A DNA stretch of 64,000 bases from Candidatus Woesebacteria bacterium (GTDB lineage: Bacteria > Patescibacteriota > Microgenomatia > UBA1400 > UBA12108): assembly GCA_018060845.1 (NCBI GenBank), contig JAGOVG010000004.1, positions 12,118 through 76,117 of the forward strand, read 5' to 3'. Below, piece by piece: positions 31,767 through 40,247 of the stretch. A program made the translations under genes and the position numbers. How positions within the stretch are numbered: position 1 is the stretch's first letter; each line of letters starts with the position of its first letter. Below the pieces are notes generated by a model. It saw nothing but the letters and a program-made list of their open reading frames with translations. It was not told where the DNA came from and did not search any database.

Positions 31767-32843
31767 TTGACAGTCAATAACAATTATGTTACTATTTCGA
31801 GTATTATGACGAACCGACCAGATTTATTATTAGTAAATAGTGCAATCCCAGAATTAAAAAAGGACTACACCCCCGAAACACCTATCGGCTTAGCTGTCAA
31901 AGCTGCATCAAGCTTTCTCAATCAACGGTGGAACAAGGAGAAGCATGCTTTATACATCTACCCTAGAGATCTAACACCCGAAGTTAGTACACCATCTATG
32001 TCTAAAGACGATGTTGTCAACGAGACCACAACAAGAATCGCCGGCTTACTAAACGCATATGAAGTCGCTAATATTACACGACCAACTCCAGAAAATGAAA
32101 CTCAATCCTATATGGAAGATGCTCTAAGAGCCTTAGGTAAGGTAGTAGCAACGGGTCATAATAGTACATCTATGGAAGATAGGGAAAGAGCAAGTATAAT
32201 CCAAAATGCACTGGGAATAGAAATAGGAACAGATAGGAGTAATCAGCTCATTCTAGAGAGTCAAATAAACCTCGCATTAAATCATGAATCAAAAAGCACA
32301 CTCAGAGACTTGCAAAATAGTACTCTAGAGATTGTCGTCAATGACGCTGTGTTGGAAAATGGAGGATTAGTCGTAGAAGAAGATAAATCTACAGGTGCAG
32401 TTTTACATCGGACCCAAGACGTAAGAGATCTTCTTAAAAAATCAATGGGAGAAACTGCTTATACTAGACTAGAAAACTCTGGATTAATCAAAAATAAAGA
32501 GGCACTAACTTTGGCTTTAAAACAAGCTATAAATCACCAAATTGAAAAAAGAGGAATAGGATCGGTTGAAGACAAAAAAGCCTCGATTCTCGAAGATGCT
32601 TTCAAAAGTGCCTATCTGCTCCCCTTTGCAAGCATTTTTAGCTTATCCTGCCTGGGATATGGAATGGCGATGTTAGGAGGTAACCCTGAGTCAGCTATAG
32701 ATCAATTTGGCGCTCTATTTCATGGATTTATAGGGATATCTAGCGGTACGACCGTGGCAGTTATATATAGTCTAACTGGTGGCAAAAAGTTAGTAGATTC
32801 ATTTCGTGAATACAACTCACTCTCCTCTGAGTTCGACACTTAA
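31767..32843 (+). CDS. hypothetical protein with C-terminal hydrophobic Gly-rich segment (cassette gene)
   Basis: 358-aa ORF, AT-richer than its neighbours by eye. Flanked by 19-bp direct repeats. Confidence 0.45.
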   Translation: MTVNNNYVTISSIMTNRPDLLLVNSAIPELKKDYTPETPIGLAVKAASSFLNQRWNKEKHALYIYPRDLTPEVSTPSMSKDDVVNETTTRIAGLLNAYEVANITRPTPENETQSYMEDALRALGKVVATGHNSTSMEDRERASIIQNALGIEIGTDRSNQLILESQINLALNHESKSTLRDLQNSTLEIVVNDAVLENGGLVVEEDKSTGAVLHRTQDVRDLLKKSMGETAYTRLENSGLIKNKEALTLALKQAINHQIEKRGIGSVEDKKASILEDAFKSAYLLPFASIFSLSCLGYGMAMLGGNPESAIDQFGALFHGFIGISSGTTVAVIYSLTGGKKLVDSFREYNSLSSEFDT

Positions 32844-34037
32844 TTTCTCCGTCTTTTCATCCCTCCAGACCTCTACCTCCACTTTATCTCCTATTTTCTT
32901 TTTCCCCAGTAGCTCAGCTAACCCGGTACGTCCTGAGCTTGCCGAAGGATCTATTTCACTTAACTTCTTGCCATCAAAACTCACAATAATGTCTCCTTTT
33001 TTAATCCCAGCTGAGTCGGCGCTCGAGTCTTTGACTACCTCGACCACATATCCCCCAGCCGGTACCCCGTTTAGTATCCCCTGCTCTTTCGTAATCGTCT
33101 GGTAGCGTACGCCAAAGAATGGTCTATCAAATGCCCCAGTCTCGTTAAAATTCTTCATAGATTCTTTGACCAGGTTGATCGGCAGTGCAAAACCAATATT
33201 GTTAGCTCCCTGCGAAACCGCCACATTCACCCCAATCACTTGTCCGAGCGAGTTAAGTAGTGGCCCACCAGAATTACCTGGATTAATTGCAGCATCTGTC
33301 TGGATTACATTATCTAGCTTCTCAGCAAAAGAGTACCCATCACCTGCAGTGATCCCTCGACCGAGTCCTGATATAACTCCAGTCGTCACGGTATGGCGAA
33401 ACTCCCCGAGCGCCGTCCCGATCGCAATTACAAAGTTTCCTACCTTTAGCCTGTCCGAGTCACCCATCTCGATCGCTCTATACACCTCTTGCCCTTCCGA
33501 AGCCGTAGGCGAAGGAGGGTCTATTTTTAATATTGCCAAATCATTAGCTGGATCTCGCCAGATCTTCTCGACCTGGTGCTCACTCTCATCCTTTAGCACC
33601 ACTTTGTAGTCACTAGGCGACCCTGATGAGACTACATGCTTGTTGGTAACTACCAGCCCTGCCTCATCTATGACAAATCCGCTCCCGATATCTACCTGCT
33701 CAGACTCTACCTCTCCCGATGGGCGCGACCCGCGGAACATCCCAAATGGGTCGAGGAAATATTGCTCGAGTATCGGTGTCTCTCGCTTAAAAGTGACTGT
33801 GACTACTCCAGCCGATACCTTTTCGGCAACCTCTGTTACCACATTCTCTTCGTTAACAACCCGCTGGTTAATTACCTCGGATGCACCACTTCCACTCCCC
33901 AGATTTAGATTCCTCAAAAATGGCAGCCCCCAGATCTGCTCAGATACTGCCCCGCCAATAAATACGGAAACCAAAAATATCCCCGACATAAGTCCTATGA
34001 CAAAAGTTGACAAGCTCTTACTTTTCATAACAATCAA
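32817..34037 (-). CDS. htrA: HtrA/DegP-family serine protease with PDZ domain
   Basis: N-terminal TM anchor. Trypsin-like catalytic motifs (…VVTNKHVV…, GNSGGPL) and a C-terminal PDZ domain. Confidence 0.85.
   Translation of the reverse strand: MIVMKSKSLSTFVIGLMSGIFLVSVFIGGAVSEQIWGLPFLRNLNLGSGSGASEVINQRVVNEENVVTEVAEKVSAGVVTVTFKRETPILEQYFLDPFGMFRGSRPSGEVESEQVDIGSGFVIDEAGLVVTNKHVVSSGSPSDYKVVLKDESEHQVEKIWRDPANDLAILKIDPPSPTASEGQEVYRAIEMGDSDRLKVGNFVIAIGTALGEFRHTVTTGVISGLGRGITAGDGYSFAEKLDNVIQTDAAINPGNSGGPLLNSLGQVIGVNVAVSQGANNIGFALPINLVKESMKNFNETGAFDRPFFGVRYQTITKEQGILNGVPAGGYVVEVVKDSSADSAGIKKGDIIVSFDGKKLSEIDPSASSGRTGLAELLGKKKIGDKVEVEVWRDEKTEKLSVELRGE
32853..32871. repeat. direct repeat TCTTTTCATCCCTCCAGAC (right copy, inside the htrA 3' coding end)
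   Basis: See 31708..31726. Confidence 0.75.
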
Positions 34038-34103
34038 AATTTACTAAATATCATCGATAATTTCAAGTTCATGATTTTTAATCGTACCTATGACTATGCG
34101 TAT

Positions 34104-34424
34104 TTAGTTTTTTTCCCACAGTTCAATTACTTTAGTACAAGTCTCATTCTTAATTTCTAACACCACAAGTAACGCCTTTAACATCTCAACGTCAACAACA
34201 CCAGCATCTCTAGTATGCATAATGTCTACTTGAAATTTATCCAAACTATCATTACGACTACCCATTGCTAGCTCAAAAAATACTACCAAGTGACTTTTTA
34301 ATACGTCTCTATCACCGTCAAAGTTAGGATAGTTATTCGCAAACTGCAAAATAGTTAGCTCTATTTCTTTATGCTTAGAAATAAGCATAGGATCACCGTT
34401 ATACCACTCAGTATCATTACTCAT
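34104..34424 (-). CDS. hypothetical small protein (AT-rich islet)
   Basis: 106-aa ORF with no family assignment. Confidence 0.35.
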   Translation of the reverse strand: MSNDTEWYNGDPMLISKHKEIELTILQFANNYPNFDGDRDVLKSHLVVFFELAMGSRNDSLDKFQVDIMHTRDAGVVDVEMLKALLVVLEIKNETCTKVIELWEKN

Positions 34425-34475
34425 AAATATTCGAAGTGTATACCATGTTTATTATCATGTCTGCGGCCAAAATAC

Positions 34476-34793
34476 TTAGAGTGATATTGTTCTTATCTTC
34501 CCAATAGATGCATACTTTCTGAGTAATACTTCATAATTAGCATTGATTCCACTACTACTATTAGCAGCAATACCATTGACTACATCATCTACGCTGAGAA
34601 CTATGTCTAACATCTCAGCTATATAGCTAGGATCTGCTGAACCAGATATGTATGTGATCAATAAAGGTTTAAAACCTACAATTCCTAATGTCTCAAAATT
34701 AGCATCAGGGCTATCATCTCCTACATCAACCACTACCCGTTTCTGTCCATCCGTGCTTTTAAAAACAGTACCAAATTCAATAGACGTCATCAA
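34476..34793 (-). CDS. hypothetical small protein (AT-rich islet)
   Basis: 105-aa ORF with no family assignment. Confidence 0.35.
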   Translation of the reverse strand: MMTSIEFGTVFKSTDGQKRVVVDVGDDSPDANFETLGIVGFKPLLITYISGSADPSYIAEMLDIVLSVDDVVNGIAANSSSGINANYEVLLRKYASIGKIRTISL

Positions 34794-34827
34794 AATATTT
34801 TCTCACACCCGTCAACCTAAAGAAATA

Positions 34828-36069
34828 TTAGAAAGACTCTAGCGCCTTATTTAGCTGCTCATCCACTTCTGTCTCGTCCTCTTTTGCAAGTATATCTTCC
34901 ACTACCACATCTGGCGTTACCCCTTTTTCGCCGATCCAGGATCCTGATGGGAGTATCCACTTGGCAACAGTCACATGCAAGCTCGATCCATCAGATAGGT
35001 CCTGCACTTCCTGCACCGTCCCCTTGCCAAAACTCTGCTCACCCACTATCTTAGCCCGTTTATTGTCCTGCAGCGCTCCTGCCACGATCTCAGAGGCCGA
35101 GGCAGATCCTTTGTTAACCAGAACAACTAGTGGGATCTTGATCAGGCTCCCGTTACGATTAACACTATATGTCTCTCCATCATTTCTACCTTCTTGCTTA
35201 ACTATCACTCCATTCTCCAAAAACTCACTCGCCACATATACCGCTCCATCCAGATATCCTCCTGGGTTATTACGAAGGTCCAAAACTACTCCTGCAGGCC
35301 TCTTAGCTATGATCTCGGCCACCTTTTCGCTCCATTCCCGGTCAGTCCTACCCCCAAAACGATGAAGCTCTAGGTGCGCATAGCTCTTCCCTGCTTTTTC
35401 GACATATGCTAGTTCGACCGATGGTACCACGATCTCATCACGAGTTAGAGTTAGGTCAAAAGATTTTGTAACACCCTCACGATAAATAGTCAGGATAACA
35501 TCTGTCCCCTTATCACCCCTGATATGAGACACGGCTGTCGGTAGACTCATCCCTCTGGTATCCAGGTCTACCCCCTTTTTCTCGTCTTTGATATGTAAGA
35601 TAAAATCGCCTGCTTTTACCCCAGCTCGCTCCGCAGGCGAGTTGGCAATCGGCGCTATTGCAGTTAGTGTCTGCTCTTTGTACCCTAGCTCTATCCCAAC
35701 GCCATAAAACGTTCCGTTCAGATCTTCATTTGCTGCTTTGTTCTCTTTGGGTGGCAGATATTGGGTATAGGGGTCCCCTAGTGACTGGGCTAGTCCTGCC
35801 ATGGCTCCCCAGGTCATCTGCGCATAATCGAGCTTACTCGGATCTACATAAGACTTCTCTAATCTCTTCCACACTTCCCAGAACTTGCCAAAATCAGCTG
35901 CATCTACTGCTTCGCCATTTGGCGTCTCAACAAATCTCTTAACAACATTTGGTGCAGCCGAGCGGCCACTGCGCCAGTCAGAGACCTGGTAACCTGCCGC
36001 AAAGACTAGGACGGCTAGCGCCAAAGTCACAAAAAAATTGCGCAATCCACGATAAGTCAGCTTAACCAT
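34828..36069 (-). CDS. ctpA: carboxyl-terminal processing protease (S41 family)
   Basis: N-terminal TM anchor, PDZ domain, and the S41 catalytic region GSASASEIVAGALQD…GKGTVQ. Confidence 0.85.
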   Translation of the reverse strand: MVKLTYRGLRNFFVTLALAVLVFAAGYQVSDWRSGRSAAPNVVKRFVETPNGEAVDAADFGKFWEVWKRLEKSYVDPSKLDYAQMTWGAMAGLAQSLGDPYTQYLPPKENKAANEDLNGTFYGVGIELGYKEQTLTAIAPIANSPAERAGVKAGDFILHIKDEKKGVDLDTRGMSLPTAVSHIRGDKGTDVILTIYREGVTKSFDLTLTRDEIVVPSVELAYVEKAGKSYAHLELHRFGGRTDREWSEKVAEIIAKRPAGVVLDLRNNPGGYLDGAVYVASEFLENGVIVKQEGRNDGETYSVNRNGSLIKIPLVVLVNKGSASASEIVAGALQDNKRAKIVGEQSFGKGTVQEVQDLSDGSSLHVTVAKWILPSGSWIGEKGVTPDVVVEDILAKEDETEVDEQLNKALESF

Positions 36070-36129
36070 TGCTAAATCTTACACGAAAATATCTCTTACG
36101 GCTATACGGGTTAACGGATTTACTAGAAT

Positions 36130-36351
36130 TTAGTTAGCAAAAGGAAGAAGGGCGAGCATGCGAGCGCGCTTTACTGCTTTCATGAGTGCTCTCTGACTCT
36201 TTGCAGATAGTCCGGTACGTGCGCGGGACAAGATGCGACCCTTTTCTGTGACAAATCTGGATAGCGTAGCGCTATCTTTGTAATCAAAACTCATTCCAGC
36301 ATCAGCTTTACCAACTACTGGTTTCTCTAATCTTACTTTTTTCTTTTGCAT
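36130..36351 (-). CDS. rpsR: 30S ribosomal protein S18
   Basis: …[51 protein letters not shown] is the S18 signature. Confidence 0.9.
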   Translation of the reverse strand: MQKKKVRLEKPVVGKADAGMSFDYKDSATLSRFVTEKGRILSRARTGLSAKSQRALMKAVKRARMLALLPFAN

Positions 36352-36393
36352 TTTATGTCCTTACTTTAGACTTTATAAACTTTTAACTTTAAA

Positions 36394-36954
36394 CTAAAAA
36401 GGAATATCCTCAACATTCACCTCATCAGAGAGTGATGTCTCGACTTTTTCCTCTTCTTTAACTGCTTTTTTGGTAGTTTTTTTGGCTGGGGCATCAGCAG
36501 GAGCCGCGACAGCTGGAGCTTGGGCCATATCACCACCATTTGATGAGCCTTGATCTTCGCCTGCACCGACAAAATCGTCTTCACTGTAGTTACCGCCTCC
36601 GTTACCATCGCGGTTGCGGGTGTCGAGAATCATCATATTTTCGGCGACTATCTCGGTTACCTCGCGCTGCTGTCCATCTTGGCCAGTGAATTTGCGAGTC
36701 TGGAGACGCCCCTCTATATAGATGCGGCGACCCTTAAACAGTAGCTGTCCGCAGATCTCTGCTAGCTTACTCCAGGCGACAATACGGTGGAACTGAGTTT
36801 CTTCTTGGCGTTCTCCTCCGTCACCTGCACTCCAACTACGGTTAGTAGCGAGACCAAAGGTGGCAACAGCTGTACCACTAGGGGTATAGCGCACGTCCAC
36901 GTCGCGGGTTAAGTTACCGATTATCATTACTTTGTTAAGTGATCTTGATGACAT
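36394..36954 (-). CDS. ssb: single-stranded DNA-binding protein
   Basis: OB-fold SSB core (…NKVMIIGNLTRD…) and the acidic C-terminal DIPF tail. The ORF track extends the start to 36987. Confidence 0.9.
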   Translation of the reverse strand: MSSRSLNKVMIIGNLTRDVDVRYTPSGTAVATFGLATNRSWSAGDGGERQEETQFHRIVAWSKLAEICGQLLFKGRRIYIEGRLQTRKFTGQDGQQREVTEIVAENMMILDTRNRDGNGGGNYSEDDFVGAGEDQGSSNGGDMAQAPAVAAPADAPAKKTTKKAVKEEEKVETSLSDEVNVEDIPF

Positions 36955-37000
36955 ATCCCCTCCCTTATCGTTTTGCGGTAATACCAATACTATACAAGAA

Positions 37001-37279
37001 TTATACCCTCACAAATAGATATCTAACTATTGATTCGTCTAGTTTGAGGATGCGGTTTAGCTCTACTTGTGATTCTGGAGCTAGACTTAGGATAAAGTGC
37101 TCGTAGACAAAAATACCCTGCTTGTTAATAGGATAAGCAGCGTGCTTGGCACCCCAAGATTCGGCTTTGTTAATATCACCTTTATGCTTTTTGGCAAAGT
37201 CGGCGATTAGTTTGATCACTCGCTCACGGTCAGTATCGTTATTTTCGGCAAACAAAAGTGTTAGTTCGTATGTATTCAT
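37001..37279 (-). CDS. rpsF: 30S ribosomal protein S6
   Basis: MNTYELTLLF… is an S6 N-terminus. Forms the classic rpsF-ssb-rpsR operon. Confidence 0.85.
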   Translation of the reverse strand: MNTYELTLLFAENNDTDRERVIKLIADFAKKHKGDINKAESWGAKHAAYPINKQGIFVYEHFILSLAPESQVELNRILKLDESIVRYLFVRV

Positions 37280-37392
37280 ATCTAGGTATTGTACCAATCA
37301 ACGAATATTTTCACAATCCCCACAAGTCCTAGACTATTTACCTATCACCTGCCCGCAATGCTGCGCATAGCTCTGCAGGCGGGTAAACTCAA

Positions 37393-38490
37393 CTACTTAC
37401 CGATCATGAATTCTATGACGTCCCCTTCCTGTAGAACATAGTTTCGTCCCTCTGTCCTCACTTTGCCTTTTTCTGCCGCCCCTTTCCACCCATTATACTC
37501 TACAAAATCAGCATATGAACAAGTCTTAGCCGAGATAAAGTGTTTAACAAAGTCGGTATGGATCACCCCTGCTGCATCCGGTGCCAAAGTTCCTTTGTTG
37601 ATTGTCCAGGCTCTCACTTCCAGTTCGCCCGCAGTCAGAAACGACTGTAGTCCCAGTCGCTTATAAGCTGCAGCAATCAGTGTTTCTAGTCCAGTACGAC
37701 TGATCCCTGCTGACTCTAGATATTCCTTTTTCTCAGATTCATCAAATCCTGCCAGCTCTTCTTCTAGCTTGGCAACTATGGCAACGCAATCTGACTCTTG
37801 TATCTCTACCCCTTTTGCTCTTAGTCTCGAAACAAAATCTGCAATCAACGTCCCGCTCTTCGCAACTCCAGTTTCATCAGTATTTAGACAGAACATTTGA
37901 GGCTTGGCTGTGAGTAAAAAGAGCTCACGATCTACGATCAACTGCTCGTCCTCAGTCAGATCTAGCTGTCGCACACTACGACCTTCTTCTAAATGTTTGT
38001 ATATTTTCTCGATTGCCGCATCCCTTTTCTCATCTTTAACCTTCGACCTTGTTCCTTTTACCTTCTCAACTGTAGCGAGGTCAGCTAGTTGCAACTCTGT
38101 CTCGATAGTCAAATAGTCCTCAACACTATCTCCACTACCGGTCTGCACTACATTGGGATCTGCAAATGCTCGCACAACATGGAGTATTACCGACGCCTCG
38201 CGTATGTGAGAGAGGAATTTGTTCCCCAGTCCCTCACCTTGTGCTGCCCCCTTAACTAGTCCTGCGATATCCAGAAATGTGACGGTGGCTGGCACTAACT
38301 TGGTGGTATTAACAATCGGCGCGAGTGTAGCAAGTCTTTCGTCTGGTACCGGGACCACCCCCACATTAGGCTCAATCGTGGCAAAAGGATAGTTGGCAGC
38401 AAATGCCTGCTGCTTGGATAGTAGTGCATTAAATAGCGTGCTCTTGCCTACGTTTGGCAAACCTACAATACCAACTGAGAGTGATGTCAT
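37393..38490 (-). CDS. ychF: redox-regulated ribosome-binding ATPase YchF
   Basis: GIVGLPNVGKSTLFNAL G1 motif, Obg-like GTPase domain, coiled-coil insert and C-terminal TGS domain; 365 aa. Confidence 0.9.
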   Translation of the reverse strand: MTSLSVGIVGLPNVGKSTLFNALLSKQQAFAANYPFATIEPNVGVVPVPDERLATLAPIVNTTKLVPATVTFLDIAGLVKGAAQGEGLGNKFLSHIREASVILHVVRAFADPNVVQTGSGDSVEDYLTIETELQLADLATVEKVKGTRSKVKDEKRDAAIEKIYKHLEEGRSVRQLDLTEDEQLIVDRELFLLTAKPQMFCLNTDETGVAKSGTLIADFVSRLRAKGVEIQESDCVAIVAKLEEELAGFDESEKKEYLESAGISRTGLETLIAAAYKRLGLQSFLTAGELEVRAWTINKGTLAPDAAGVIHTDFVKHFISAKTCSYADFVEYNGWKGAAEKGKVRTEGRNYVLQEGDVIEFMIGK

Positions 38491-38510
38491 ATGAGCATTT
38501 TATCACCAGA

Positions 38511-39089
38511 TCATTCATTTCTTTCATTCTCAATTTCTCTTCCCAAAACCTTATCTTCTAGACATTCCATCATGAGTTCCCACAAATAATAACTACTCGA
38601 TCCTGTACCATGCGCGTCATATGCCTCGGATACTGGATCCATCACATCTTCGAAGGTTTTATTTTTACCAAAACCTAGCATTACTCCGTGTCCATATTTT
38701 TGTATTGTCCTCAACAGCTTAACCATGTTACCTAGTTTCTGGTCAGTCTCTAAATTATCAACAAATGATGAAGTAAGAAATGTATCAAAATTTCTAGCTA
38801 TTAGATATTTTCCGCTCTGACTCCACGCTGTTGGATCCCAATCAACTATTCCTGTTAATTTTTCTAAGTCTGCTTGGGTCGGTAAATCGTTAAAATCTAC
38901 TGTTAATATTTCTTTATCAGTTATTTTTGAAATCGATTCAATAAATGTAGGTGTTAAATATTGATCGCTATGCAAAGCTAGTGCACATCTTCCTAAATTC
39001 ACTTGATGGACAGCATATGCTCTATCCTTGGTTGGCTCAAAACCAGCAGCTAAGAGTTCTTGAATGACAATCTCGTGGTTAGTTTGCAT
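38511..39089 (-). CDS. hypothetical protein (AT-rich island)
   Basis: 192-aa ORF with no motif recognised. Confidence 0.4.
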   Translation of the reverse strand: MQTNHEIVIQELLAAGFEPTKDRAYAVHQVNLGRCALALHSDQYLTPTFIESISKITDKEILTVDFNDLPTQADLEKLTGIVDWDPTAWSQSGKYLIARNFDTFLTSSFVDNLETDQKLGNMVKLLRTIQKYGHGVMLGFGKNKTFEDVMDPVSEAYDAHGTGSSSYYLWELMMECLEDKVLGREIENERNE

Positions 39090-39264
39090 ATGAGTATTCT
39101 ATCAAATCAGGTACTCTAGATACTACTATTCGGCCAAGTGAATCACGCAACGCAATAAATCGTTCTTTACGTAGCTTAGGTAAAACAAATTGAAATTGGA
39201 ATTCTAAGAATGGTACTGTAAATCTGGCGTTCCTACAGATAAAGACATGACATGATTTTATCAT
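39079..39264 (-). CDS. small hypothetical ORF
   Basis: 61-aa ORF. Weak evidence. Confidence 0.2.
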   Translation of the reverse strand: MIKSCHVFICRNARFTVPFLEFQFQFVLPKLRKERFIALRDSLGRIVVSRVPDLIEYSYAN

Positions 39265-39285
39265 GCATATCCTCTATCAGGATTA

Positions 39286-39723
39286 TTATTGTTTTTTTCT
39301 ACTATTATTTACAACATGAATTGCAACATCAACCATTCCCTTCAATCCTCTCATTCCAATACCTAACTCGAACCCTGTAATATACCCAGCTAGAGACAGG
39401 TTTAAAACATCTGGGTTATTCATTGCTGTAGTAGTAATGGGTGATGTTAACAAAACGAGTGTTGGAGGTAGTAAAAATACTGCTAAAGAGAGCAATGCTT
39501 CAGCCATTATATTATCTACACCAGTAGACGTTTCGTCATATGCATCTTCAACTAAATGAGGTTTAACAGCAGATATAGTTCGATCAGCAACGTACGCTCC
39601 AGAAAACATGCCTAAAAACAAAGACGTTATTGGTGCATATTTCAATAGGTCATGAAAGTTTTCTAAACGACTCATGGCAACTAGACTATAGCATATTTCT
39701 GATAAAATATACCTATGGGACAT
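39286..39723 (-). CDS. hypothetical membrane protein
   Basis: 145 aa with hydrophobic segments. Its start overlaps the divergent 39715 ORF start. Confidence 0.35.
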   Translation of the reverse strand: MSHRYILSEICYSLVAMSRLENFHDLLKYAPITSLFLGMFSGAYVADRTISAVKPHLVEDAYDETSTGVDNIMAEALLSLAVFLLPPTLVLLTSPITTTAMNNPDVLNLSLAGYITGFELGIGMRGLKGMVDVAIHVVNNSRKKQ

Positions 39724-40182
39724 CCTATTAAAGATAATCTTATAGCCTTAGGTTTAGGCGCATCTTCTATCATAGGGATTGGTAGCGACGTTGTTTCACA
39801 GAGTCCTTACAGAGAACTATTGCCAGATATCTACCAAGAGCAAGCAGGCAATTTCGGCATACCATGGTGTTTAGGAGTGATCATCAATTTAACTGGCAGA
39901 TTTCTAGAACTACGAGGAAACAATGAAAATAGTCAGGATACTCTAGAGCTTGGTCAAAAAATCAGAAACTACGGCAATGTATTCATAATCGGTGTGTTGT
40001 TTGGAGTCGAAGGACAGTTTATTAATAACATAGAACTACTAAAAGAAAATTCACTCGATTTCGCTATGGGCATTCTCGCAATCACAATTGGGATTAGTGC
40101 TGGAAAGAAAATAGCAGAAGCAGTAATGGGCCAGTCAAATACAAATTCCAGCCCTCCAAGTTCTTCAATAAATACACGATAA
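39715..40182 (+). CDS. hypothetical protein with Gly-rich hydrophobic segments
   Basis: 155-aa ORF, divergent from 39286..39723. Confidence 0.35.
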   Translation: MGHPIKDNLIALGLGASSIIGIGSDVVSQSPYRELLPDIYQEQAGNFGIPWCLGVIINLTGRFLELRGNNENSQDTLELGQKIRNYGNVFIIGVLFGVEGQFINNIELLKENSLDFAMGILAITIGISAGKKIAEAVMGQSNTNSSPPSSSINTR

Positions 40183-40247
40183 AGTGAGAAACATATCTAC
40201 ATCTCCCCACCCAGACGAGATATTTTTCATCTGCTATAGTATCCCCT

